NCBI GenBank assembly: GCA_020891255.1
Contig: LC659289.1
Coordinates: 2,034 to 66,033, forward strand
DNA: 64,000 nt
Direction of reading: 5' to 3'
Origin: Entomortierella parvispora E1425
Taxonomy: Eukaryota; Fungi; Mortierellomycota
The translations under genes were made by a program, and so were the position numbers. The notes under the pieces were generated by a model, which saw only the letters and a program-made list of their open reading frames with translations, was not told where the DNA came from and ran no database searches. How positions within the stretch are numbered: position 1 is the first letter of the stretch; each line of letters begins with the position of its first letter. Shown piece by piece: positions 31,401 to 43,581 of this stretch.

Positions 31401-32317
31401 GTCATTATATATACTAAACGGACATGGCCATCTTCAATCAATGACCATTAGTTAGTTAAAATTTGACCGACTCGAGAATATTATTGTAAAGGATATTAAA
31501 AAAAATACTTTATTTTTAGTAGAAAAAATAAGATTCATTCGTTTTAAAACAATTTTGTTTAAATTAATTAATCGTAGATAAATTAGAGAAATATAGATGA
31601 TATTTATAATAGTTAATATAAAGATTAAAGGGCTCAACAAAGGAAGTTAATTGATTGATCGTATAAATAATTGATTATATAAATAATTGATTTTTAAGTA
31701 ATTGATTTTTAAATAAAATGTTAAGTGAATAAAATAGTTTATTTTTAGCGTTTGTGAAAATACAAACTTTATTGTATCTATAACATTAGAAAAAAAATTT
31801 TTTTTGATTTTTGTTAAGGATTTTCAAAATGTTTATAATTTAAAGATGATCCTGTAACCTTAACTAAATTATAGTTATTAGATTTATTTTTTAAAGACCA
31901 AATTAAGATAAAAATTTAATTTTATGGATTATTTAATACTTACTTTTTTATGTGATTATTGATTCATAAGTTTTTTTAACTATTTTAAGATTATTTTATT
32001 TATATTTAATTAAAAAATCGGATATTTATAATAAATAAATATAATATATTATTATATTCCTAATATTTCATTATATTTAATAATAATATTTATTTTCAGT
32101 CTTTTAAGAGAGATTAATTATATTAAAATTATTGATTTAGATTAAAATGACTCGGCAATATCCATTGATTTTAAAATACTTTTCCACTTTTAATATATTT
32201 TAAAATAATTTTATGGTTAGTATAAATATGGTAGATTTGAACTATAATTCCTACAAATAAAAATTTACAACAGTTATCTTGTCTTTTCTTATTTTATATT
32301 TTTATTTTATAAATAAG

Positions 32318-32397
32318 ACCTGTTTGTCGAAATGGTATACGATGTCGAATTAAAATCGATTGCTTTTAGCGTGTGAGTTCGAGTCTCACAACAGGTA
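32318..32397 (+). tRNA. trnL: tRNA-Leu(UAA)
   Basis: TCGA-ATTAAAA-TCGA, variable arm. Confidence 0.92.
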
Positions 32398-32409
32398 AAT
32401 ATTTTTATT

Positions 32410-32441
32410 ATAAAGTGTGTCAAATAAATAAGTACAATATT
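32410..32441 (+). promoter_or_regulatory. 32-nt motif ATAAAGTGTGTCAAATAAATAAGTACAATATT; copies at 36283-36314 and 58583-58614; candidate promoter
   Basis: Three near-identical copies upstream of nad4L or GIY-YIG ORFs; the ATAAGTA core resembles the yeast mt promoter (function inferred). Confidence 0.45.
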
Positions 32442-32619
32442 AAAATACTTTTAATATATTCTCCTGTGAAGACGACCTTTTAGAATCCTAGGAGTTTGTT
32501 ATTAATATATTTATATTATTAAGTCTAGATCTTTCAAGACTAAACTCTTTTTATTTTTTAGTAGAATTTATAATAGAAGATTAATATTATTTTGGGAATA
32601 AAAATAATAATAAATAATC

Positions 32620-32883
32620 ATGAATTTATCAATTACTTTGTTTTTAATAGGAATTTTGGGGTTCATATTGAATCGTAAAAATATTATTTTATTAATAATT
32701 TCTATTGAATTAATGTTATTAGCAGTAACTTTTATGATTCTTATTTCATCTTTTGCTTTTGATGATGCGATTGGGCAAGTATATGGTATATATATTATAG
32801 CAGTTGCAGGAGCTGAGTCTGCTATAGGATTAGGTATTGTAATTGCCTTCTACCGATTAAGAGGATCCATTAGAATAAAATAA
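32620..32883 (+). CDS. nad4L: NADH dehydrogenase subunit 4L
   Basis: NRKNIILLIISIELMLLAV, AGAESAIGL. Confidence 0.98.
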   Translation: MNLSITLFLIGILGFILNRKNIILLIISIELMLLAVTFMILISSFAFDDAIGQVYGIYIIAVAGAESAIGLGIVIAFYRLRGSIRIK

Positions 32884-32958
32884 TATTTTTATTATTTTAT
32901 CACTCCTTACTCTTTATACCGTTTTATAAATTAAGAGGAATTTAATAAAATAAATTTT

Positions 32959-33810
32959 ATGGAAAATAATACAATATTTTCACCAATTGTATTTTATGAT
33001 AATACAAATACCGATAAATCACGAATTTTATCAGAAAATAAAGGGAAAACTGGTATATATCAGTGGACTCATAAAGAATCTGGTAAAATTTATATTGGTA
33101 GTGCAGTAGATCTATCTAGTTGTTTAAGTAAATATTATTCTCCTTTAAACTTAAAACGGTTAGATAACTATATTTCTAGAGCTCTTCTTGTTTACACTCA
33201 TTCTGCTTTTTCTTTATCTATTATTGAGTACATAGATATAACAGGTTTAACTAAGGAAAACGCTCGTAAATTAATACTTTCTAGAGAGCAATTCTACATA
33301 GATTCTTTAGTACCTCAATATAATATATTAAAAGTAGCTGGTTCTTCATTAGGTTATAACCACTCGGACGAATCAATAGCTTTAATGAAAAAAATTCAAA
33401 AAAATATTGATAGATCGGGTGAAAAAAATCCAATGTTTGGTCGTACTGGTGAAAAAAATCCTTTTTATAATAGAACTCATACAGCAGAGACTATCGCTAA
33501 GATGAAGGAAATTAATAAAGGTAAAATAAAATCAGAAGAAATAAGAACAAAAATGAGTGTCTCTCAAAAGAAGATCAATAATTTGGGTGAAAATAACCCA
33601 ATGTTTGGTAAAACAGGTGATTTAAGTCCTGTAAGCAAAAAAGTTTATGTATATTCAAGTTCTTCTCCAAGTATTCTTTGTTATGAATTCTTATCTATAC
33701 TAGAAACTGCTAAGTATTTTAATTGTAGTAATACAACTATTTCTAGATATATAAAGAATGGAGAAGTATTTCAAAAAGAGTATATTTTATCTTTTTATCC
33801 TTTAATTTAA
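32959..33810 (+). CDS. Intact free-standing GIY-YIG endonuclease with NUMOD3-like repeats
   Basis: GIYQWTHKESGKIYIGSA, SREQFYID, repeated GEKNPMFG. Confidence 0.93.
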   Translation: MENNTIFSPIVFYDNTNTDKSRILSENKGKTGIYQWTHKESGKIYIGSAVDLSSCLSKYYSPLNLKRLDNYISRALLVYTHSAFSLSIIEYIDITGLTKENARKLILSREQFYIDSLVPQYNILKVAGSSLGYNHSDESIALMKKIQKNIDRSGEKNPMFGRTGEKNPFYNRTHTAETIAKMKEINKGKIKSEEIRTKMSVSQKKINNLGENNPMFGKTGDLSPVSKKVYVYSSSSPSILCYEFLSILETAKYFNCSNTTISRYIKNGEVFQKEYILSFYPLI

Positions 33811-33863
33811 TAATTTTAAGGGATAATATGAATTTTAAATTCTTAATGTACATAATTAATTCA

Positions 33864-33894
33864 CGTCATTTTACAACTAAGACAAACTCCCCTT
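33864..33894 (+). repeat. Copy of the nad5 3' terminus and C motif, located upstream of nad5
   Basis: CGTCATTTTACAACTAAGACAAACTCCCC matches 36123-36151. Confidence 0.9.
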
Positions 33895-34175
33895 AAGTTT
33901 AATTTTTAATAGAAATTAAAAGTTAAATTATTACGTGGATCAATCCGGATTAAATAATTCTTTTCGAATTATTTAATAATTAATTATAATTGTTTATATG
34001 AATTAATTAATAATTAAATAATAAATATTAATTATATAATAATTATTGTTACAATTATTAACATAAATTTTTATTCTAATTGGATAATTAAATTCTTTAT
34101 TAAGAATAATTTTTAAATTTTGATAATTAGAAATATCCCGTTTTATAAATAAAGAGGAAATTTATACACTTTATA

Positions 34176-36164
34176 ATGTATTTAGCAATTATTTTAATTC
34201 CACTATTAGGTTCTATATTTAGTGGAATGTTTGGTAGAAAATTAGGAGCACAAGGTAGCCAATTTATTACAACCTTTGGGTTGATTTTTACATGCCTATT
34301 ATCTTTCACAGCCTTTTATGAGGTAGGATTGAATCATTCGCCAGTATCTGTAGATTTGTTCTCATGGATTGACTCTGAATATTTTTTAGTTTCATGGGGA
34401 TTTACATTTGATAGTTTAACAGTTTCTATGTTAATTCCTATTGTATTTATATCTTCATTAGTACATATGTATTCTATTTCATATATGGGAGGCGATCCGC
34501 ATACGCAGAGATTTTTCAGTTATTTATCAGCCTTTACTTTTTGTATGTTATTATTAGTATGTGGAGATAATTTATTAGTGTTATTTGTAGGTTGGGAAGG
34601 TGTAGGTGTATGCTCTTATTTACTAATTAGTTTTTGGTTTACAAGAATAGCTGCAACTAAATCAGCAATACAAGCTATAGTTACTAATAAAGTAGGTGAT
34701 TGGGGAATGTCTATTGCTCTTTTTGCAATTATTTTTGTATTTGGAAATTTAGATTATTCTAGTATATTTTCTTTAGCTCCATATATTAATACTGATATTT
34801 TAACATTCATTAGTTTATGTATATTAATAGGTGTTATGGCTAAATCAGCTCAATTAGGTTTACATGCTTGGTTACCTACGGCTATGGAGGGTCCTACACC
34901 AGTTTCAGCTTTAATCCATAGTGCTACAATGGTAACAGCTGGAATTTTCTTAATGATAAGAACTTCACCATTATTAGAATATAGTAGTACAGCATTAATA
35001 GTAATTACATGTCTTGGATCATTATCAGCGTTTGTTTTTGCCTCAATAGGATTAGTACAAAATGATTTAAAACGAATAATTGCTTATTCAACAGCTAGTC
35101 AATTAGGTTATTTAGGAGCTGTCTGTGGATTAAGTCAATATAATATAGCTTTTTATCATATTATTAATCACGCTTTTTTTAAAGCATTATTATTCTTAGC
35201 AGCAGGTTCAGTAATTCATGCAATGGCAGATGAACAAGATGTGAGACGAATGGGGGGTTTAGCTAAATTATTACCATTTACTTTTGTAGTAATGTTTATT
35301 GCTGCTTTAAGTAACATTGCTTTCCCATTCTTATCAGGATTTTATTCTAAAGAAATAATTATTTTATCGGGTTATTCACAATATTCATTCCACGGGTCTT
35401 TTGCCTATTGGATGACTACCTTTGCAGCTTTATTTACTTCTATTTATACAACTAGATTGTTATATTTAACCTTTTTTTCTATACCTAATGGACCTAGAAA
35501 TAATTATGAAAATACACATGAAGCTCCTTTCTTTATGGCAATACCATTAGGAATTTTAGCTATTCTATCTGTAGTTTTTGGTTATTTAAGTAAAGATCTA
35601 TTTATAGGTATAGGTACAGATTTTTTTGCAAACGCGTTATTTATCCATCCTAATCATATAATAATTGTAGACGCTGAATTCGCATTACCTCTATTTATTA
35701 AATTATTACCATCTATCTTAACTATCTGTGGATTTATTGGAACTTTATTATTTTACGAGTTTGTGCCTAATATCTTAGTTGAAATTAAATTATCTAAATT
35801 TGGTAGAATGTTATATACATTCTTAAATCAAAAATATTTCTTTGATTTAGTTTATTCTCGTTTAATAGGATTAGTATTAAACATTGGGTACATGACACAT
35901 AAAGTAATTGATAGAGGAACTTTAGAATTAATAGGTCCAACAGGACTTACTAATTTATTTAATAATACTAGTAAAAATATCGCTTCGTTAGATTCTGGAT
36001 ATATCCCTAATTTAGCACTTTATATCATTTTATCTGTTATTACATTAACAGGTGCGATCTTGTATTTAGACGACGCGCGTTTATTATTGATCTTTATTTC
36101 TACTTTATTTCTTCTTAACTCTCGTCATTTTACAACTAAGACAAACTCCCCCCTTTTTTATTAA
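34176..36164 (+). CDS. nad5: NADH dehydrogenase subunit 5
   Basis: GWEGVG, AMEGPTPVSALIHSATMV, HIINHAFFKALLFL. Confidence 0.99.
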   Translation: MYLAIILIPLLGSIFSGMFGRKLGAQGSQFITTFGLIFTCLLSFTAFYEVGLNHSPVSVDLFSWIDSEYFLVSWGFTFDSLTVSMLIPIVFISSLVHMYSISYMGGDPHTQRFFSYLSAFTFCMLLLVCGDNLLVLFVGWEGVGVCSYLLISFWFTRIAATKSAIQAIVTNKVGDWGMSIALFAIIFVFGNLDYSSIFSLAPYINTDILTFISLCILIGVMAKSAQLGLHAWLPTAMEGPTPVSALIHSATMVTAGIFLMIRTSPLLEYSSTALIVITCLGSLSAFVFASIGLVQNDLKRIIAYSTASQLGYLGAVCGLSQYNIAFYHIINHAFFKALLFLAAGSVIHAMADEQDVRRMGGLAKLLPFTFVVMFIAALSNIAFPFLSGFYSKEIIILSGYSQYSFHGSFAYWMTTFAALFTSIYTTRLLYLTFFSIPNGPRNNYENTHEAPFFMAIPLGILAILSVVFGYLSKDLFIGIGTDFFANALFIHPNHIIIVDAEFALPLFIKLLPSILTICGFIGTLLFYEFVPNILVEIKLSKFGRMLYTFLNQKYFFDLVYSRLIGLVLNIGYMTHKVIDRGTLELIGPTGLTNLFNNTSKNIASLDSGYIPNLALYIILSVITLTGAILYLDDARLLLIFISTLFLLNSRHFTTKTNSPLFY

Positions 36165-36476
36165 AATTTTTAAAAATAGTTAATTATTAACAATAATACG
36201 AGAATTTATTAAACAGTCTAATATATAATATTATCTCGTAATTAACTTTTAAGGTTTGAGTCTTCTAATCTTTAATTTTACCATAAAGTGTGTTAAATAA
36301 ATAAGTATAATATTAAAATAATTTAGTTATATATGTTAATAACTAATAGATGATTAATAATATTTTAGGAATAGAAATTAATATTAAAATATATGATATG
36401 ATTACAATCATTTTTTTCAATCATCGAGTTATCGACGGGTTACTTACACTTAGCGGAGATTCAAAAAATAATTAAA

Positions 36477-37109
36477 ATGGAATTAAAAGGTAAACCTGGA
36501 ATTTACGGGTTTCTTTGTAAAACTAATAATAAATTATATATAAGTTCTTCAAGTAAATTATCAGTTCGTTTTAATAAACATATAAATGGATTACAATCCA
36601 ATGTTTTACTTCAAAATGCAATTAATAAATATAATTTGTAGGATTTTATTTTTGTAATTTTTGAATATTGTGAGACAGATAAATTATTATCTCGAGAACA
36701 ATATTATTTAGATACCCTTGAACCTGAATTTAACATCCTTAAAATAGCTGAAAATTGTTTAGGATTAATACGTTCAAAGGAGAATAGAGATAAAATTAGT
36801 AAATTCTTTAAAGGAGTACCATTATCTGAAGAACATAAATTAAATATAAGTAAAGCAAGACTTGGTGAATTACATCCAATGTATGGTAAAAATCACTCAA
36901 ATAGTACAAAAATCAAGATGAGTATTGCTAAAGGTACGCCTATTTTTGTATATTCTAGTGATAGTAATACGCTAATTTATAATTTTACTTCATTAAAAAA
37001 AGCTAGTGAATTTTTTAATTGCTTAGATCATACGATTAAAAGATATTTAAATGGTAAATTGTTTAAAAAACAATGGATTTTAACTTCAAGTATTAGAGAT
37101 TCTTCTTAA
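36477..37109 (+). pseudogene. GIY-YIG endonuclease with a single in-frame TAG (36639-36641)
   Basis: GIYGFLCKTNNKLYISS, LSREQYYLD. Confidence 0.88.
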
Positions 37110-37146
37110 CTCTCGTCATTTCACAATTAAGACAAACTCCCCCCTT
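37100..37146 (+). pseudogene. Shadow of nad5 3' terminus
   Basis: Matches 36109-36155 with 2 mismatches, including the C motif. Confidence 0.92.
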
Positions 37147-37284
37147 CTTATGGAAACATTTTTATAGTTAATATTGAAAATTATTAATAAATTAATATTG
37201 GACTTATTCAATAAAAAATAAGTTAATACTGATAATATAAAATAGATTAATACTTAAAAGTCAGTTCAGATTATATATTTTAAT

Positions 37285-37355
37285 AGGACAATAGCTTAAC
37301 GTAAAGCTCTCTGCTCATAACGGATATGATGGAAGTTCGACTCTTCCTTGTCCTA
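37285..37355 (+). tRNA. trnM: tRNA-Met(CAU), probably elongator
   Basis: TCTG-CTCATAA-CGGA; acceptor AGGACAA/TTGTCCT. Confidence 0.88.
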
Positions 37356-37880
37356 TTCTTCCACTATTCTATATAAGAATGGTGATACATTATATAATAT
37401 GCAGAATTTGTATATTATTAATTTATTTTTAAAATTTTTTAGACTTACTTTCTCAAATATCTGGGGTTGATCTAAGCTATAAGAATTTTGATTTTAAATT
37501 TATAAACAAACAAGTTTATTTGTATTACTTAAACGTATTAATTAAATTATAATTCATTATAATTTAATTATATTATAATTCGTTTAAGTAATTATATGGT
37601 TAAATGTTAAACCCATAATAGTTATATAAATTATATAAAATGGTTATGAATATATTTGAATTAAAAACCAATTTTATTTTTGTTATTTTGCACAATTTTA
37701 TACGAAGTTTTTATTTATAATAAAAAAAATTAATTAAAAACTTAAAAAAACAAATAAAAATAATATATTTCTGTAAAGAAATATACCTTTTTCATTCTTT
37801 TACGTTTCAGTAAATATAGTTAATTATTAGAATTTAATAATAAACTTTAGATTAAGGAATATAAAAAGAATTTAAATATT

Positions 37881-39188
37881 TTGAAACTTTTAAAAACCCA
37901 TCCTTTTTTAAGTTTAGTTAATAGTTATGTAATAGATTCTCCTTCTCCTTCAAATATTTCATATTTATGGAATTATGGAAGTCTTCTTGGTGTTGTTTTA
38001 GTAATACAAATTGCTACAGGTGTTACATTAGCAATGCATTATACGCCTAATGTAGATTTAGCTTTTATTTCTGTAGAACATATTATGCGTGATGTTAATT
38101 ATGGTTGGATGATAAGATATCTTCATGCTAATGGAGCTGCATTCTTCTTTATTTTTATTTATATCCATATGGCTAAAGGGTTATATTATGGATCATATAA
38201 AGCACCAAGAGTAATGTTATGGTCAATAGGTGTAATTATCTTTTTATTATTAATAATAACAGGATTCTTAGGTTATGTTTTACCTTACGGTCAAATGAGT
38301 TTTTGGGGAGCTACTGTAATTACTAATTTAATGTCAGCAATACCGTGGATTGGTAATGATTTTGTAGAATTTTTATGGGGTGGTTTTTCTGTAGGTAATC
38401 CTACTTTAAACCGATTCTTCAGTTTACATTATTTATTACCATTTATTTTAGCTGCATTAGTAATAATGCATCTTATTGCACTTCACGAACATGGATCAAA
38501 TAATCCATTAGGAATTACTTCAAATGTAGATAGAATCAGATTCCATCCTTACTATAGCTTCAAAGATTTAGTAGGTCTTTTTGTTTTCTTCTTCATATTT
38601 GCATATTTTGTATTTTTTAATCCTAATTTCTTTGGAGAAAGTGATAATTATATACCAGCTAATCCTTTAGTAACTCCAATTTCTATAGTACCAGAATTCT
38701 ATTTACTTCCGTTCTATGCGATATTACGATCTATACCTCATAAATTACTTGGAGTAATTGGTATGGTGGCGGCTATTTTAATCTTATTAGTAACACCTTT
38801 CTTAGATACTTCTAGAATAAGATCTATGCAATTTAGACCGATTATGAAATTCTTCTTTTGGTTATTTGTAGCGAACTTCTTAATTTTAGGTTGGATAGGT
38901 GCTAATCACCCGGAATCACCTCTTGTTGAGATTGGTCAAGTGTCAACTATTTTCTATTTCTCTTATTTCTTGGTAATCTTACCAGTAGTAGGGATTATAG
39001 AAAATACATTATTCGATTTAGGAACTAAAACTAAATCAAACTCCCCCTTAACTGTAAAAATACATAATGTAAATAAGTCATTTAATCATAACCAAACTAA
39101 AAATTTTTATTCATTTTCACTTTTATTAAATGAAAATAATAATATTCCAAATAATGGTAATGAGAAATTAAACATTCAATTTAAATGA
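37881..39188 (+). CDS. cob: Apocytochrome b; TTG start; homology ends at ~39035, ORF runs on a further 50 aa
   Basis: [42 protein letters not shown]. Confidence 0.98.
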   Translation: MKLLKTHPFLSLVNSYVIDSPSPSNISYLWNYGSLLGVVLVIQIATGVTLAMHYTPNVDLAFISVEHIMRDVNYGWMIRYLHANGAAFFFIFIYIHMAKGLYYGSYKAPRVMLWSIGVIIFLLLIITGFLGYVLPYGQMSFWGATVITNLMSAIPWIGNDFVEFLWGGFSVGNPTLNRFFSLHYLLPFILAALVIMHLIALHEHGSNNPLGITSNVDRIRFHPYYSFKDLVGLFVFFFIFAYFVFFNPNFFGESDNYIPANPLVTPISIVPEFYLLPFYAILRSIPHKLLGVIGMVAAILILLVTPFLDTSRIRSMQFRPIMKFFFWLFVANFLILGWIGANHPESPLVEIGQVSTIFYFSYFLVILPVVGIIENTLFDLGTKTKSNSPLTVKIHNVNKSFNHNQTKNFYSFSLLLNENNNIPNNGNEKLNIQFK

Positions 39189-39259
39189 TGGCTTATTGAT
39201 AATAAACTGGCTAAAATTTATTTAAATAGTATTGAATGTATATAATATTATAGATTTAG

Positions 39260-39920
39260 AAAATAGAAATCTATCAGGTATCTATTTATGATTAAATAAT
39301 ACTAATGAAAAATATTATATTGGATCTCTAAAGACTTAGCAAAACAATTTACCAGTTATTATAGTGAAAAATCCCTTAAAAAAGTATCTTGTCTTATTCA
39401 TAAAACTATTTTGAAAAATAAACACGATAAATTTTCTCTTTATATTCTAGAGTATTATAAGATTGATGAATTATTTCAACAGAAGCAGTTTTATTTTGAT
39501 TTACTTACCTCTCTTATAATTTTCTGAGATTAGTAAGGAATTCTTTAGGATTTAAACATGCGAAAGAAACTATAGCTAAAATTAGTAAGGCTAAAACAGG
39601 TACTAAATTTGATGAGGAATATAATAAAAACGTAATGAAATTAGTAAGGGATCAAAAAATCCCTTTTATGGAAAATCTCACATAGCTGAGATTTTAATTA
39701 AATTTAGTGCATCTAAAATTGGATCAAAGAATCCTATGTTTGGTATTATTGGTGAAAAAATATTATATTTAAAAAGTATATGTCTATGAAGATAGTAATA
39801 ATTCTACGATTTTTAAAATATTTAATTCATATGTTGAAGCTGCAATATATTTTGATTGCCATGATACGACTGTTTCTAAATACATAGATAAGAAAAAATA
39901 TATAAAAGTAAGTGTATATT
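39260..39920 (+). pseudogene. Decayed GIY-YIG endonuclease
   Basis: NLSGIYL*LNNTNEKYYIGS, SKNPMFG remnants, multiple stops. Confidence 0.8.
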
Positions 39921-39937
39921 TTTATTTAGGGCCCTTT

Positions 39938-40223
39938 AGTAATCGGTATGGTTGCTGCCATCTTAATTTTACTTATTACTCCATTCTTAGATACTTCTAG
40001 AATAAGATCTATGCAATTTAGACCAATTATGAAATTCTTCTTTTGATTATTTGTAGCGAATTTCTTAATTTTAGGTTGGATAGGTGCGAACCATTCGGAA
40101 AATCCTTTAGTAGAAATTGGTCAAATATTAAGTATTTTCTATTTCTCTTATTTCTTGGTAATCTTACCAGTAGTAGGGATTATAGAAAATACATTATTCG
40201 ATTTAGGAACTAAAACTAAATAA
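39938..40223 (+). pseudogene. Displaced cob 3' end (283 nt plus TAA)
   Basis: Colinear with 38753-39035; synonymous differences, TGG>TGA, ends GTKTK*. Confidence 0.95.
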
Positions 40224-40383
40224 GAATAAATTCCCTTCTCTCTTTCTTTCTAAATTTTTCCTAACTATTTTTGTAGGTTATATATTATATAAAGATAATT
40301 AAATAAAAAAAAATTACAATTAAATTTTAATTTAAGTTATTATTAGTTAGTAAGTTCGATTCTTCTCAATTTAAAAATTATTC

Positions 40384-40456
40384 GCCCCGATAGCTTAATT
40401 GGTTAAAGTAGAGGTTTGAAAAACCTTTGACGGTTGTTCGATTCAACCTCAGGGCA
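40384..40456 (+). tRNA. trnF: tRNA-Phe(GAA)
   Basis: AGGT-TTGAAAA-ACCT. Confidence 0.93.
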
Positions 40457-40987
40457 AAAATAATAAAGTAAAAATTAAAAAAATCTTTTACAGTTGTTTG
40501 ATTTATTCTCGAAGGAAATATCGTAATTAAGATTGACAAAAAAATTTATTTTTTATAAAGAAATCATTGTATTTTTAAATAAAAAATTTTATTATTTAAT
40601 AAAATATTTTATTAATTCCTAATAACATTTAATACTATACTTTAGTATAATATTTTAAAGTATAATCCTAAAATATATCTATATATAATAATCTAAATAT
40701 ATAATGTTTATCAGTTGTGAAAAGAAAACATTATTTTAAGAATATAAACAAGTTCTTCAATAAGGGGAAGAACTAAAAAAGTAAAAATATTAATTAAAAA
40801 ACTTAAATTTATATAAATATTTTTAATAAATTATCAAAATATTTTGAATTATTTTAATTGTATTAAATGAACATTATATAATTATATTGATAAATATTAG
40901 TTATTTAAAGAATTATAACTAAATAATTTTATATCTTTTCCAATTAAAGGTCCATGGTTTTATTGTATTAAACAATAATAATAATAA

Positions 40988-41060
40988 GCACTTGTAACTT
41001 AATTGGAAAAGTATAGATCTTCTAAGTCTAGTAATAATGGTTCAAATCCATTCGAGTGCT
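40988..41060 (+). tRNA. trnR: tRNA-Arg(UCU)
   Basis: TAGAT-CTTCTAA-GTCTA. Confidence 0.93.
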
Positions 41061-41879
41061 TTTGCTTATTTTAATTGTTTATAACTTACACCACCCGTAG
41101 GTATAATATTTTATCCGGGCACGAAGAGAGGAAATAGTTTTATAACTATTTTTATTAAAGAAGTTTCTTTTAAAGGTAACTAAGATTAATTTGCAATTAA
41201 GTTTGTAGAAGGGCTTATTATAAATTTAAATACTGTACTAATTCCATCAAGAATTATTTATTTCTTATTATAAATTTCTATCGAATAAATTCTCTGAAAA
41301 TTCTCTAATACTCAGGATAATATAATAATCTTCAGTATCTGTCATTAACATAACTAAACAAAATAAGTGTTAAAGTTTTAAAAATACCGAGACGAAGCCT
41401 TTATTTCAATATATCTATCTAAAATTTATTAGACTAATACTAAACTAATATTATTTATTTGTTATTCGTTTTCACAGAAATAACCTAATGATTAAAAAAA
41501 AATGTTAGCAATAATTAAACCCGAATCTCAGAGTTTTTTAACAACTTGTTTTTCTAATTTTAGAATCATTAAGATATCTACTGTATCTTTAACTAGAGAG
41601 AAATATCAGTAACCAGGATTGGTTTATCTGATAGAAAAACAATAATTTTAATTACAGATTTACTTTTCTAATATTGCTATTTAGTGTTTATTTTATTAAA
41701 ATATTAAGAGGGTTATTTCAAATAACTTTGTTATATTAAATCCTTAATTAAAACAGTTTAATTCCTCTGGAAGAATCTAATATATCTGTTTTAATATTTA
41801 TATCTATATGGACTCAGTTGTTGATTAATTAAAACAATTTAAAGACTATTTTATATTATCTTTTATTTGTCATAAAAAT

Positions 41880-42880
41880 AAAGGAAATAGCCACATTTAT
41901 AATACAATTAAATTATATAGATATTCTACCTTTAGTTTATCAATTATAGAATTTATAAATATTACAGGTTTATCAAAGAAGAAGCACGTTTATTGATTTT
42001 ACAGTGTGAGTAGTATTATTTAGATTTAATTTTTTAGAAAATGGGCCTAATACTTTTAATATTTTAAAAGTTACTGGTTTTATTCTTGGACTTTTTCATT
42101 CTGAAAGAACTAAAAATTAATAGGTTTAGCAAAATCAGGTCTTAATAATCTAATTATTTTTATAATTTAATTTAAAAGAATTATCTTTTAATTTATAAAT
42201 AGTATTATTTTCATATTTTCTTATAATTATTTTAATAGAAGATTCTAAAGTTAAAGTTATTGCAGATTTAGTAGGATAAATTACTTTTTGACCATTTTCA
42301 ATGTTTGTACATATTATAATTACATCACCATAAGAAATTTGCATTTTTAAACGAGTTTTCTCTAATTGAGTAGTTCAAGTTCTATTAATTCTATAGATAT
42401 TTTTTGTATATTTACTAATGTTTTTATTCTTTATTTTCTAATATTTCTATTGAATGAGCTTTATTGAACATAGGATTTAATACCTTGTTATATTTATAAA
42501 AGTTTTTTTTCGTCCATTATTAATTCAATTATAGTTTTATTAATTAAAGTTTTTGCTTTTTCAAATTATTGAGCTCCTAAAATTTTAAAAAGGAAGAGGA
42601 GAGTTTATTAAGGATGTTTAATAAAAATAAAATTAAAAATAAATTATTGTTCAGATAAAAATAGGATTCATTTATTCTTATAAATTTTATTCTTATCAAG
42701 ATAATAATAAATATTACGTATAGAACAATCAAAGTGTTTTGCAGCATCTAAATGAGAAAAAAGATTAAATTAGTTTAGTCTTTTAAGTTTATGAATTAAA
42801 GAAATAAATAGATATTTTTTACTTTTTGCTAAGGATATTAAAGCTTTTGTTTCAGCAGAATGGATTTCCTGAAAAAGGGG
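41880..42880. pseudogene. Remnants of at least two GIY-YIG ORFs (plus strand ~41880-42130; minus strand ~42150-42880)
   Basis: YSTFSLSIIEFINITG, FNILKVTG and NUMOD-like fragments. Confidence 0.6.
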
Positions 42881-43054
42881 TATTTTCATCTGTTTTATCG
42901 AATATTTGATTATTAATTATTAATTGTTTTATAGTTATTAATCTTAGATTTTATCAATTATTATCAATCTATATGATAAGATATCAGCTTAATTGAACTA
43001 ACAATTGTATAAATCCCTCTTTTAAGGGTGGTCATAAACTTTAATAATATTAAA

Positions 43055-43127
43055 GGCGATTATAGTTTAACGGTAGAACGATAGATTGTGGATCTATATA
43101 TCAAGGTTCGAGCCCTTGTTTTCGCCC
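43055..43127 (+). tRNA. trnH: tRNA-His(GUG)
   Basis: ATAGA-TTGTGGA-TCTAT. Confidence 0.9.
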
Positions 43128-43341
43128 AAACTTACTTCATTAAAAAATTATTTTTTTTTTAGATCGGAAAATTTAAGTATAATTTCTTTTTAAAATTAAG
43201 ATTTTATATACTTATAAAATATTGTTACTCCCTTTTACAAAGAGTCAGAAATTAAATATTTCTATTTCTAAAATTAACCAGACCAAGCTAGTTAATAAGT
43301 ATTAAAAATCATTTAAATTAGGAATTTTAATTTTAAATTAA

Positions 43342-43414
43342 GCACTTGTAACTTAATTGGAAAAGTATGAGTCTTCGAAACTTAGCAATAATAGTTCAAA
43401 TCTATTCAAGTGTT
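43342..43414 (+). tRNA. trnR: tRNA-Arg(UCG), paralog of trnR(UCU)
   Basis: TGAGT-CTTCGAA-ACTTA; 5' portion identical to 40988 onward. Confidence 0.9.
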
Positions 43415-43510
43415 TTTATATTTTATAATAAAAACAGATATTTAATGATATATATATATACTATATTAGTAAGTGGTCTGTGTAATTATTATAGTAATAC
43501 TGATATATAA

Positions 43511-43581
43511 GCAGTTATAGGTAAATGGTATACCAGTGCTCTTCCAAAGCGATATTCCTTTTTCGATTAAAGGTAACTGCA
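43511..43581 (+). tRNA. trnG: tRNA-Gly(UCC)
   Basis: GCT-CTTCCAA-AGC; acceptor GCAGTTA/TAACTGC. Confidence 0.9.

Noticed and set aside
39286-39292. TGA at Trp positions in GIY-YIG remnants and the cob shadow, suggesting UGA=Trp
   Set aside because: Seen only in decayed copies with G>A bias; core genes translate fully with TGG and trnW has a CCA anticodon
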